Source: an uncultured Candidatus Saccharibacteria bacterium (lineage in GTDB: Bacteria > Patescibacteriota > WWE3 > UBA101185 > UBA10185). Taken from it: DNA of 64,000 nucleotides. The stretch covers positions 209,492-273,491 of the forward strand of contig CAZXUJ010000001.1 in NCBI GenBank assembly GCA_964643995.1. Direction: 5' to 3'. Positions within the stretch are counted from its first letter, which is position 1; each line of letters opens with the position of its first letter. Of this stretch, positions 48,912 through 57,983 are shown in pieces. Both the position numbers and the translations under genes were made by a program. The notes below the pieces were generated by a model. It was not told where the DNA came from. It was given only the letters and a program-made list of their open reading frames with translations, and made no database searches.

Positions 48912-51467
48912 TTATTCAAAAACTTCTACACCAAGCACAAGCTCATCACCCATTTTTACTTCATTAGATAGTAACTTCAAAGCCAGATAGGACTCTACAG
49001 TGTCCTCTATAACACGTCCCATTGGGCGGGCACCCCATTCCGGACTAAAACCTCGATTTACCAGCTCAGTAATTAACTCTGGCTTGAAAGTAACTTTCAG
49101 ACCTTTTTGATCCGCCATCTTACGAACCTTGGTTAGCATCAAGTCTGTTATCTGCGTAACAACATCTCGTGTCAGAGGCTTAAACACTATTAAACCATTG
49201 AAACGGTTCAAAAACTCGGGTGCATAGTGATCCCTTACATCACGCAAAGCCGCCGCATCCATATCCTGAACGGTGCCATTCTTTGACATTACCTCCTGAA
49301 TTGATCTAGTTCCTACATTACTTGTGGCGATGATGATAGCATTGGTAAAATCTATTGTCATACCTGTCGAGTCGGTCAACCGACCATCATCTAACACCTG
49401 TAGAAAAGCTAACAATACCTGAGGATGAGCCTTCTCAATTTCGTCTAGAAGAATCAAAGCATAAGGCTTAGTTCTCACTGCTTCTGTCAAAACACCTTTT
49501 GAACTTCCTTTTGAACTTCCAATAAGCTTGTCTATACTATCTGCTTGTTGGTATTCACTCATATCTAAGCGAATCATAGCAGTCTCATCTTCGAAATACT
49601 CTGAAGCTAGCGCTTTGGCAGTTTCAGTCTTACCTACACCAGTAGTCCCTACGAAAAGAAAACTAGCAATAGGCTTCTTCTCGTCCCTAATCCCAACACG
49701 TGCTCTTTGAAGAGCTTTGGCAACTTGGTCAACCGCATGCTCCTGACCAATAACTCTTTTCTTCATGGAATCTGCCAAACTCAATAGTTTAGCACTCTCA
49801 TTTTCCGAAAGAGACGTCACAGGTACATGAGTAATTTCAGAAATCTGCGCGCGAATATCCTCACGAGTAATATATTTATTACCTCTAGACTCAGAAACAG
49901 TGCGTGTTAACACGTCAAGGGCTTTATCTGGAAATACCCGTTCGTGCATGAGTTTGGCAGAAAGTCTTACTATTTCCACAAGTGCTGGGTAGGTTACTAT
50001 AACACCCTGCTCACGCTCAAAATCCCTAGAGCTATCCTCCAGAATCGCCACAGTCTCGAGTACATTTGCTGGAGGCACCTCAATAGTATGAAACAATCTA
50101 GAGAAGGAGCCATTTGGCTCTATGTATTTTCTAAAATTTGCAAGATTTGTGGCACCTAAAAACTGAATCTTGGAACCAGCTAGATGTGGCTCCAATAACG
50201 AAAATATTGTCGAGCCATCCTCAGAGGTGGCACCAGAAACAAAGTTATGGATTTCATCGAAAAAGAGAATTATATCACCCGAAGATTTCAGTTCATCCAT
50301 AAGTTGGTTTATCTTTTGGGAAATATCTCCAGCGGTCTTGGTCCCGGCTAGAAGACCTGAGGTATCAATGCTGACAATACGTTTGAACCTTATCGCATCC
50401 TTATCAGTTTCCCCACGCACAATCCTTCTAGCAATACCTTTCACAATTGAGGTTTTCCCACAGCCCGGAGGACCCACCAGTAATATATTTGTATTCGAAC
50501 CGCCTAACAATTCCGAGACCTGATCCATTATTTCTCTGTGCGCCTTTACTTCCTTAATCTGCCCCAGCTGTGCCATTTTGGTATAGTCTTGAGATACACT
50601 ATTTAGAAATGGTGTGATTCTTCCAGTCATACCCTTTCCGGCACCACTCATCTTGGGTAATTGATAATCTTCCTGCCATACAAACATTTTGGAAACGCGT
50701 TCACGTTCTGTCACCACCCAATTAACTGTTTCTTCAATGTTTTCAAATTTGGCATCATAAACGGACAGGACAACTTCAATTTTAGGCACCATACTTAAAG
50801 CACCCAAAAAAATATGCTCTAGTTCTACATACCTAGTACTCTGTTTGGCAGCAAAATCAAAAGAACATTTAGCAAGATTGCTGAAGTTCAATTTCACTGA
50901 AGAGATTTTTGTTATAAAGTCCTGATTTGTAAGTTCAAGCTTCCGAAGGATATATTTTATCGAGAACTCTTCGAAAAGTTTGGCTGATATCTGTGAATCA
51001 TTTACAAGCATTTCATAAAAATAAAGTGCATCTGGTCTGAAGGTTTTCTGGTATTGATCGTCCCTAATTTCAGACACCTTCTTAGCAGGAATCGCTTTGG
51101 AGGATAAGTATCTGAGAGTAAATATTCCAGCGATATAAATTACTATCAAGGAACCATAATAGTGGGCTACTGCAAAAGGTATCAAATACCATCCTACAGG
51201 TATTACCAGTACCAAAAGACTTAAAGCCACTATTAATACCAAACCGATAACCACCTCGAAGATTCTTACTACAAAGCCAATTACCCTACCTACCTTGGTG
51301 TAATCACCATAGATAGGAGTAAATAGAAGCTTTAGGTTTAGAGTGAAGGAAAACTCATTGTTAAGCAATACTATAACTCTTGTAACAATACGAGACAGCT
51401 GCAAAGGAAACTTCACTAAAAACCACAACGGAAATGATGTAACTAGATATGGCAAATTCGATTTCAT
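48912..51467 (-). CDS. Clp/Hsp100 double-AAA+ ATPase with N-terminal membrane domain
   Basis: GPPGCGKT/FFDEIH and GTTGVGKT/LLDEIEK; hydrophobic N-terminus; start at ATG 51467. Confidence 0.85.
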   Translation of the reverse strand: MKSNLPYLVTSFPLWFLVKFPLQLSRIVTRVIVLLNNEFSFTLNLKLLFTPIYGDYTKVGRVIGFVVRIFEVVIGLVLIVALSLLVLVIPVGWYLIPFAVAHYYGSLIVIYIAGIFTLRYLSSKAIPAKKVSEIRDDQYQKTFRPDALYFYEMLVNDSQISAKLFEEFSIKYILRKLELTNQDFITKISSVKLNFSNLAKCSFDFAAKQSTRYVELEHIFLGALSMVPKIEVVLSVYDAKFENIEETVNWVVTERERVSKMFVWQEDYQLPKMSGAGKGMTGRITPFLNSVSQDYTKMAQLGQIKEVKAHREIMDQVSELLGGSNTNILLVGPPGCGKTSIVKGIARRIVRGETDKDAIRFKRIVSIDTSGLLAGTKTAGDISQKINQLMDELKSSGDIILFFDEIHNFVSGATSEDGSTIFSLLEPHLAGSKIQFLGATNLANFRKYIEPNGSFSRLFHTIEVPPANVLETVAILEDSSRDFEREQGVIVTYPALVEIVRLSAKLMHERVFPDKALDVLTRTVSESRGNKYITREDIRAQISEITHVPVTSLSENESAKLLSLADSMKKRVIGQEHAVDQVAKALQRARVGIRDEKKPIASFLFVGTTGVGKTETAKALASEYFEDETAMIRLDMSEYQQADSIDKLIGSSKGSSKGVLTEAVRTKPYALILLDEIEKAHPQVLLAFLQVLDDGRLTDSTGMTIDFTNAIIIATSNVGTRSIQEVMSKNGTVQDMDAAALRDVRDHYAPEFLNRFNGLIVFKPLTRDVVTQITDLMLTKVRKMADQKGLKVTFKPELITELVNRGFSPEWGARPMGRVIEDTVESYLALKLLSNEVKMGDELVLGVEVFE

Positions 51468-51522
51468 GAAAAAATAATAGCACGAATATGCATCTCCCCG
51501 GGTAAGATGCAAATACAGGTTG

Positions 51523-52098
51523 TTACATTCCTAGCGAGTTAAACTCAAAGTCGAATGTACCAGAAGCCCCCTGCTTAGTATCAGGAATACTATCAGCACT
51601 AAACCTAAGTACAAAACCCTTTACTTGCCCACTATCAATAGTTCCAAGGTTGAATCCCTCTGTTTTCCATTTGACAATAGTTTTACGCTCAAGTGGGGTC
51701 CCCAACTCTCCAGAATCAACATATCCGTTGGTGTTCGAGTCTACCCATGGGAACGGCTGAACATACACTAACTGACGCAATTCAGCCGGATCTTGATCAG
51801 TAGCATAATTGGCATTCGTACTAAGCATGAGTGGGGTCGGTGAATTATTGTACAATTTGACCAAATAATCAGTTGACCAATTAGGGTATATATTCGCCAG
51901 TGCAGGACCTGCCTTTTCGTTTACGAGATTACCTGATGACAAATCACCAGAAACATTGTCCAATAACTTTATGTCTGCACTTCCTACGGAAACACTAGTA
52001 CCAAGCACTTTGGACTTACCACTAAATGCCGCATAAGTCACCCCAATAAGCGCTGTACCTATAATCAAAGAAAAAATCAACAAATACATTTTTTTCAT
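51523..52098 (-). CDS. TasA/CalY-family protein with SipW-type signal peptide
   Basis: GVTYAAFS...VSVGSADI, ANIYP, KQG...FDFEF; AGGAGG SD 8 nt before ATG 52098. Confidence 0.65.
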   Translation of the reverse strand: MKKMYLLIFSLIIGTALIGVTYAAFSGKSKVLGTSVSVGSADIKLLDNVSGDLSSGNLVNEKAGPALANIYPNWSTDYLVKLYNNSPTPLMLSTNANYATDQDPAELRQLVYVQPFPWVDSNTNGYVDSGELGTPLERKTIVKWKTEGFNLGTIDSGQVKGFVLRFSADSIPDTKQGASGTFDFEFNSLGM

Positions 52099-52117
52099 TT
52101 CATTCACCTCCTTTCAA

Positions 52118-52825
52118 TTAATTCTTAACAAGTAATCCTTGCTCTCTTAGACTCACATAAGAATCATCACCCATAACGACATGGTCCTGAAGCTTTATTC
52201 CCAAGACCACACCTGCCTCAGCAACTCGCTGGGTAAGCTCGATATCAGCAGAACTAGGTGTTGGATCATTGGACGGGTGATTATGTACCAAAACAACCGA
52301 AACTGCACCTTTTTTAATGGCTGTTGAGTATATTTCTCTTGGATGCGCCAAAGCTTCATTAGCCGTACCAATTGAGACCAAATCAATTGATAGTACGCGT
52401 AGGCGTGCATCAAGTGAGACCACATACAGGTGTTCCTTAGTTTTTGCATATAATGTTTTTCTAAGTATCTTGTAAATATCTGCGGGAGTAACTACTACTG
52501 AGCTTAGAGGCTCAAGCTCTGCTGTCATACGTATACCTATTTCACATGCAGCTTTCAAGCTTGTTGCTTTCGCCAAACCAATGTCGTTAAAACCAATCAA
52601 TTCAGCCGTATCTGCTAACATGATTCCACGATAATTTTTGAATGTTTTCAGTAAATTTTCTGCTAAAACTTTAACTGTTACATTACGACCTCCTGAACGT
52701 AAAACAAGAGACAAAAGTTCTACATTAGATAAGTTTTCGACTCCATGTTTGATCAAACGCTCACGTGGGCGTTCTGATACAGGTAAATCAAATAAACGTA
52801 TAGTTTGGTATCTAGTTTCAAGCAT
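52118..52825 (-). CDS. radC: RadC/UPF0758 JAB-domain protein
   Basis: ERPRERL, HPREIY, HNHPSND, DHVV; start at ATG 52825. Confidence 0.93.
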   Translation of the reverse strand: MLETRYQTIRLFDLPVSERPRERLIKHGVENLSNVELLSLVLRSGGRNVTVKVLAENLLKTFKNYRGIMLADTAELIGFNDIGLAKATSLKAACEIGIRMTAELEPLSSVVVTPADIYKILRKTLYAKTKEHLYVVSLDARLRVLSIDLVSIGTANEALAHPREIYSTAIKKGAVSVVLVHNHPSNDPTPSSADIELTQRVAEAGVVLGIKLQDHVVMGDDSYVSLREQGLLVKN

Positions 52826-52831
52826 ATGATC

Positions 52832-52863
52832 AATATAGGTTATTGCAATATGCATTGCAATAT
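52832..52863. promoter_or_regulatory. Overlapping divergent radC/xre promoters with twin TTGCAA palindromes
   Basis: ATTGCAATAT at 52842-51 and 52854-63; minus-strand TTGCAA-17 bp-TATATT. Confidence 0.55.
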
Positions 52864-52886
52864 AATAAATTCTATTGATAATATCT

Positions 52887-53168
52887 ATGGAAAAAAATAT
52901 TGGTGACAAGATTAGAAATATAAGAAACAAAGCAAAATTGTCTCAGTCGAGATTTGGACATAAAATGGGAATATCGGGTAAAACAATTTCGGCATATGAA
53001 ACAGGTAAAATTGAGCCACCACTTAGAGTTTTGGAGGCTATATCAGATGAGTACAATGAAAACCTAATAACTCCACCTACACAACAAAAGAATAAACTTC
53101 TTAACAATATTGAAACTATTGAAAGTTCTCTTAAGGAAATTAAATACCTGATAGGAATTTATAATTAA
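52887..53168 (+). CDS. XRE-family HTH transcriptional regulator
   Basis: IGDKIRNIR...LSQ...GIS..TISAYETG..EP. Confidence 0.9.
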   Translation: MEKNIGDKIRNIRNKAKLSQSRFGHKMGISGKTISAYETGKIEPPLRVLEAISDEYNENLITPPTQQKNKLLNNIETIESSLKEIKYLIGIYN

Positions 53169-53626
53169 CGCTTAGAGTACTGAGGTGCCTTTCGAGCTTT
53201 TCTCAAGTATGGTTTCTTACGTTCGACCATTCTCGAATCTCGAGTCAACATACTCTGTTTTCTAAGTATAGTAGAATACTCTTCACTTATAGAAGCTAAC
53301 GCATGAGAAAAAGCATGTACTACAGCATCAAGCTGAGATGACTTCCCCGAACCTTCAATTTTCACCGTAGCATTAAAATGCGCCCCAGGGTGCGAGACAC
53401 CTACCAAGTGAAAAGGTTTCATCCAATCGCTACGCCTTTTCTCTGACAAAAAGTAATCATCAATAGGCATGTTGTTAGCAGTGAAATCACCTTTACCGTT
53501 GTATAAAAAGACTCTAGCTACAGCAGTTTTTCTTCGACCAGTTCCAAAAATAAAGCCCTTTTTTACTGCCTTGGCTTCCTGGCCTAATGATTCAATTTTC
53601 TTTTTTGTTCTTGTACTTTTAGTCAT
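53165..53626 (-). CDS. rpsI: 30S ribosomal protein S9
   Basis: GTGRRKTAVARV, ERKK...QYSKR. Confidence 0.97.
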   Translation of the reverse strand: MTKSTRTKKKIESLGQEAKAVKKGFIFGTGRRKTAVARVFLYNGKGDFTANNMPIDDYFLSEKRRSDWMKPFHLVGVSHPGAHFNATVKIEGSGKSSQLDAVVHAFSHALASISEEYSTILRKQSMLTRDSRMVERKKPYLRKARKAPQYSKR

Positions 53627-53641
53627 TACTAATTTATGAAA

Positions 53642-54058
53642 CTAATTAGTTACTTGTCCCTGATGTGGATGATCAGTACCTTTATAAACATATAGATTAC
53701 TCATACGTTCTTTTCTAAGCTTGTTTTTTGGTAGCATACCATTCACGGCATTTCGAATTACTTTTTCAGAATTTCGTTTAGTTAAATCTCTTAGAGACTC
53801 CTGCTTTATACCACCAGGAAAACCCGTATGATGAATATACAGCTTAGATGTAGTCTTTGTACCAGTGACGGAAAATAAATCAGAATTCAACACAACAACT
53901 TTATCACCAACATTTATATTTGGAGTATATGTAGCCTTGTTCTTACCAATCAATATAGACGCAACATCACTGGCTAGTCTCCCTAATACTTTTCCTTTAG
54001 CATCTACGATATGCCAGGATGGGTTTAGTTTTGCTTTGCTTGGTGTTGTTGTTTTCAT
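53642..54058 (-). CDS. rplM: 50S ribosomal protein L13
   Basis: WHIVDA..KVLGRLAS, HTGFPGG, GMLPKN; start at ATG 54058. Confidence 0.97.
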   Translation of the reverse strand: MKTTTPSKAKLNPSWHIVDAKGKVLGRLASDVASILIGKNKATYTPNINVGDKVVVLNSDLFSVTGTKTTSKLYIHHTGFPGGIKQESLRDLTKRNSEKVIRNAVNGMLPKNKLRKERMSNLYVYKGTDHPHQGQVTN

Positions 54059-54426
54059 TACTTTGTCTCCTTTGAAACCCATTCTACTTTTGCTAATGGA
54101 GCCTTATCTCCTGATCTAAAACCAAGTTTCGTAATCTTTGTATAACCACCCTTACGATCAGCATAATTTGTTGCTATATCAGAAAATAACTTTCTAGTGG
54201 CAACTTCAGAGCCAAGTCTAGAATTAACCAAAGTTATATTGTGAAGATCCTGTGGAGCCTTAGCTTTTGTAACTAGTTTTTCAACATAAGGCTGAAAAAA
54301 TTTGGCTTTCGCCAAGGTTGTCTGTACATGACCTTCAAGAATTAAAGACACAGAAAGATTTTTTAATAACGCCCTTCTATGATCTGTTGTTTTATTTAAC
54401 TTTTTTTTGCTAACTCTATGTCTCAT
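54058..54426 (-). CDS. rplQ: 50S ribosomal protein L17
   Basis: MRHR, TTLAKAK, GGYT, RSGD.AP. Confidence 0.97.
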   Translation of the reverse strand: MRHRVSKKKLNKTTDHRRALLKNLSVSLILEGHVQTTLAKAKFFQPYVEKLVTKAKAPQDLHNITLVNSRLGSEVATRKLFSDIATNYADRKGGYTKITKLGFRSGDKAPLAKVEWVSKETK

Positions 54427-54431
54427 AGATT

Positions 54432-55352
54432 CTACTTAAGACCTTCTTTTTCAAGAATTTTTTTAATTTCATTAACAGATTTGTCGCCTAAGTTTTTTAC
54501 ATCGGCCAATTCCTCATCAGATAAGGAACCTAACTGCTGTAAAGTACCAATACCATGCTTCTTGAGGGCATTTATTGTTCTGGTAGGTAATGGAAGATCC
54601 TCTAGAAATATTTCTTCACCGGACTGTACACCAGAGTCATCTCCATCTGCAGAAGCAACTACTAACTCTGGATCTGGACCTTTAGCAAAGCGTGAGAAAA
54701 AGTTTCTCAATGTGGTAGATGCATCTACTAAAGCATCTTCCGGAGCTATACTGCCATTTGTTGTAACCGTAACAGTCAATTTGTCAAGTCCAGTAATGTC
54801 CCCTTTTCTAGTCTGATCAACCTCATAGGATACTTGCAAAACCGGAGAAAATACTGCATCGATCATTATAACTCCAACTTTCGCTGTTTTTCTATCTTCT
54901 ACAGCGGAATAACCAACACCGGACTCAAAGGTAATGTCCATATCGAGTGTTGAATTGTTGTCAGCAAGCTCTGCTATGTGAAGCCCCTTGTTAATTATTT
55001 CTACGTCTGATGGCACTTCTATGTCTGCTGCAGTTACCACGCCTTTACCCTTTTTATGTATAGAACCTATAACAGGGTTATCAGTATGAATTTTTACAGC
55101 TAACTCTTTAACATTTAGAGTTATTTCCACAACGTCCTCTTTAACACCAGCTATAGTTGAAAACTGGTGACTAACTTTAGGTATTCTTAACTCAGTGACA
55201 GCACCACCTTTTAGAGAGGTTAACAGCACTCTTCTTAATACGCTTCCTAAAGTTCTGCCAAAACCACTTGGTAATGGACTAAATTCAAAAATTCCAGTAT
55301 TGCCTTTTGAGGACAATTTATTGATTTTTACATCACTTGTTTGTAATAACAC
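54432..55352 (-). CDS. rpoA: RNA polymerase alpha subunit
   Basis: GFGRTLG..LRRVLL, GVKEDV, alpha-CTD KNLGDKS; GTG start with AGGAGG. Confidence 0.97.
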   Translation of the reverse strand: MLLQTSDVKINKLSSKGNTGIFEFSPLPSGFGRTLGSVLRRVLLTSLKGGAVTELRIPKVSHQFSTIAGVKEDVVEITLNVKELAVKIHTDNPVIGSIHKKGKGVVTAADIEVPSDVEIINKGLHIAELADNNSTLDMDITFESGVGYSAVEDRKTAKVGVIMIDAVFSPVLQVSYEVDQTRKGDITGLDKLTVTVTTNGSIAPEDALVDASTTLRNFFSRFAKGPDPELVVASADGDDSGVQSGEEIFLEDLPLPTRTINALKKHGIGTLQQLGSLSDEELADVKNLGDKSVNEIKKILEKEGLK

Positions 55353-55429
55353 AGACTTTCCTCCTACTTTTACGGACTTTCCGCAAAAAATAAACTTCTA
55401 AAAAGTGCCACACAACTTTGTGTAGACTC

Positions 55430-56032
55430 TTATCTCGAATAATACTCAATAATTAACTGTACATTAATATTTTCAGATAAATCGCTCAAAGCAGGTAATT
55501 TTGTGAATTTAACCTGTCTTTCCTTTACATTAGCTTCAAGCCAGTCAGGTAAAACTATACCTTCTCTGAGATGTATTTTTTCAAAACTTACAGGTTTAAT
55601 GATATCTCCAACTTTAACATGTAAAGAAGGAATTCTTACAATCTGATCATTTATCATAAAAAAGCCTGATCTTATTAATTGACGCGCCTGTGCTCTTGAA
55701 ACAGCAAAACCTGATCTATAAACCATGTTATCAAGTCTCGTTTCCAAGTTTCTCATCAACACTTCACCAGAAACACCCTTAGCATTTAACGCTTCAGCAA
55801 CATACTTGCCAAACTGACGTTCAAGCAAACCATATATTCTCTTAACCTTCTGCTTTTCTCTAAGCTGTACACCATAATCAGAGACTCGTCTTCTTGAATT
55901 ACCATGCTGACCAGGGGCATAATTCCTTTTCGTTATACCACATTTTTCTGATTCACAGCGGGAACCCTTCAAATAGAGCTTAACTCCTTCGCGTCTGCAC
56001 AATCTACATTTTGGACCACTATTTCTTGCCAT
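55430..56032 (-). CDS. rpsD: 30S ribosomal protein S4 (Zn-ribbon type)
   Basis: CRLCRREG, QLREKQK, LETRLDN, EYYSR. Confidence 0.98.
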   Translation of the reverse strand: MARNSGPKCRLCRREGVKLYLKGSRCESEKCGITKRNYAPGQHGNSRRRVSDYGVQLREKQKVKRIYGLLERQFGKYVAEALNAKGVSGEVLMRNLETRLDNMVYRSGFAVSRAQARQLIRSGFFMINDQIVRIPSLHVKVGDIIKPVSFEKIHLREGIVLPDWLEANVKERQVKFTKLPALSDLSENINVQLIIEYYSR

Positions 56033-56034
56033 GA

Positions 56035-56424
56035 TTAAATTCTCCTCTTTTTCTTTGGTCTACAACCATTATGTGGGATCGGGGTAATGTCTGCTATTGA
56101 AGTAACTCGAAGACCTGCTGTCTTTAAGGCTTTAATAGCCGATACTCTCCCCATTCCTGGACCCTTAACATAAACTGCTACATCAGTCATACCAGCACTA
56201 TAAGCCTCCTGTGCAACTGATTCAGCGGATTTGGTAGCAGCGTAGGGTGTGGACTTTCTTGAACCCTTAAATCCTGACCTTCCAGCACTACCCGAAAAAA
56301 GAATGTTACCCCCCTCATCAGAAATGCTTATTATTGTGTTGTTAAAACCCGCTTGTATATGTACAAGACCAGAACCTGGGGTTAATTCTTTCTTTTTCTT
56401 TTTTGTTCCTTTAGCTTTTGTCAT
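56035..56424 (-). CDS. rpsK: 30S ribosomal protein S11
   Basis: FNNTI, KSTPYAA, PHNGCRP. Confidence 0.98.
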   Translation of the reverse strand: MTKAKGTKKKKKELTPGSGLVHIQAGFNNTIISISDEGGNILFSGSAGRSGFKGSRKSTPYAATKSAESVAQEAYSAGMTDVAVYVKGPGMGRVSAIKALKTAGLRVTSIADITPIPHNGCRPKKKRRI

Positions 56425-56433
56425 ATAATGTTG

Positions 56434-56823
56434 TTATTTCTTAGCTGTAGCCTTCTTTTGAGCACCACCAACTGTCTTTCTTTTACCTTTTCTTGTTCGT
56501 GCGTTAGTACTGGTTCTTTGGCCTCTAGCAGGTAAACCTTTGGCATGTCTAGAACCTCTATAAGATTTGATATCTTGCAAACGCCTTATGTTTTGAGAAA
56601 CCATTCTGCGTAACTCACCTTCAACAGGAATCGAGAATTTCTCAATCGATGCTCGTATATTTGCTAGATCCTCATCTGTTAGGCTCTTTGTACGTATATC
56701 ATAATTTATCTTCCCATCATCAAGTATCTTCCTAGCTAAAGTGTCACCAATACCAAAGACATAAGTAAGTGCAACTATTATTCTTTTATTGTCTGGAATG
56801 TCAACACCCATTATTCTAGCCAT
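56434..56823 (-). CDS. rpsM: 30S ribosomal protein S13
   Basis: [24 protein letters not shown]. Confidence 0.98.
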   Translation of the reverse strand: MARIMGVDIPDNKRIIVALTYVFGIGDTLARKILDDGKINYDIRTKSLTDEDLANIRASIEKFSIPVEGELRRMVSQNIRRLQDIKSYRGSRHAKGLPARGQRTSTNARTRKGKRKTVGGAQKKATAKK

Positions 56824-56826
56824 ATA

Positions 56827-56940
56827 CTATCCTTGTTTTTGTTTGTGTTTAGGGTTTTTGCAAATAACCCTTATAACACCTTTTCTTTTTATAATTTTGC
56901 AGTCTCTGCAAATTTTTTTAACAGAACTTCTGACCTTCAT
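56827..56940 (-). CDS. rpmJ: 50S ribosomal protein L36 (not in ORF track)
   Basis: Translates as [37 protein letters not shown]. Confidence 0.97.
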   Translation of the reverse strand: MKVRSSVKKICRDCKIIKRKGVIRVICKNPKHKQKQG

Positions 56941-56949
56941 ATTTCAAAT

Positions 56950-57171
56950 CTATCTATAACGATATGTTATTCTCCCTCTCGTGAGGTCATGAGGGGAAAA
57001 CTCAACCTTCACCTTATCACCTGATAAGATTGTAATTCTAAATTTACGCAATTTACCAGACAATACTCCCCAAGCTTCTGTGTTATCAGGGAACTCAATT
57101 TTAAACAGCCCACTAGTCTGTACCTCCCTTACTATTCCTTCTTTTGTTTCAACTTTCTTCGTGCTACTCAT
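56950..57171 (-). CDS. infA: Translation initiation factor IF-1
   Basis: SGKLRK..I.IL.GDKV.VE.SP.DLTRGRITYR. Confidence 0.95.
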   Translation of the reverse strand: MSSTKKVETKEGIVREVQTSGLFKIEFPDNTEAWGVLSGKLRKFRITILSGDKVKVEFSPHDLTRGRITYRYR

Positions 57172-57193
57172 TATATATACGTCGACGGGGGAA

Positions 57194-57222
57194 ATTCTAT
57201 CAAAATAAAGCTATACCGTCAA
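57194..57222 (-). promoter_or_regulatory. Promoter for the infA-rpmJ-alpha operon
   Basis: TTGACG-17 bp-TAGAAT. Confidence 0.75.
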
Positions 57223-57242
57223 CAAAAACTCCCAACAATGAC

Positions 57243-57983
57243 CTAAAATTCGGTTACAACGACTGTTTCACCTCGTGTAATAGCCACTGTCTTCTCAAAA
57301 AGAGCCGACAAACTGCCATCCGCAGTCTTTAGGGTCCACCCATCTGAACTTTCAACCAGATCTGGGCGTCCTTTCTGATATATTACTTCAATTGCAAGGA
57401 CCATGCCAGCTTTTAGTTTATGCCCGGTTCCATGTACTCCATAACAAGGTACATAGGGGTCCTCATGTAATTTACGCCCTACACCATGTCCTACGAGCAT
57501 TTCAGACACCGAATAGCCCTTACCTTCAACTTCTTGCTGCATACTAGAAGAGATATCACCAATTCTGTTTCCAGATCTACAGGAGGCTATTGCCTTCTCT
57601 AATGCAATTTTACCTGTCTCAAGGAACACACTCTCATAGGCAGTTTCCACTTCAAGAGTATAAGAAAGGTCAGTGTGAAAACCTTTAAAAAACGAACCAA
57701 CATCAATGCTGATGATATCACTCCTCTTGATTTTGTAATCGTTTGGCATACCGTGGACGATTCCTTCGTTTACGTTTATGCATGTTGTGAACGGATAATT
57801 ATCAACACTTTTGAATGAAGGTTCCGCACCCAAACGCAAAATTTCTTCTTCCGCAAGTTTATCCAGCTCTATTAGTTTGGTACCAACTTTTACAGCACTT
57901 AACAAAGTCTGTAAAACTTTTGAAGTAATTTCCCCTCCACGGCGCATAACCTCAATTTCAGAATCAGATTTCAGATGTATCAT
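57243..57983 (-). CDS. map: Methionine aminopeptidase type I
   Basis: HGMP, DVG...HTD, GHGVGRKLHEDP, AIE. Confidence 0.95.
   Translation of the reverse strand: MIHLKSDSEIEVMRRGGEITSKVLQTLLSAVKVGTKLIELDKLAEEEILRLGAEPSFKSVDNYPFTTCINVNEGIVHGMPNDYKIKRSDIISIDVGSFFKGFHTDLSYTLEVETAYESVFLETGKIALEKAIASCRSGNRIGDISSSMQQEVEGKGYSVSEMLVGHGVGRKLHEDPYVPCYGVHGTGHKLKAGMVLAIEVIYQKGRPDLVESSDGWTLKTADGSLSALFEKTVAITRGETVVVTEF

Noticed and set aside
51490-51512. Hairpin TGCATCT...AGATGCA after the TasA-like gene as a terminator
   Set aside because: No adjacent U-tract; plausible stabiliser or weak terminator but not callable.
57181-57223. Inverted repeat GTTGACGG...CCGTCGAC around the infA promoter
   Set aside because: One arm is the -35 box and is not transcribed; imperfect and unsupported otherwise.
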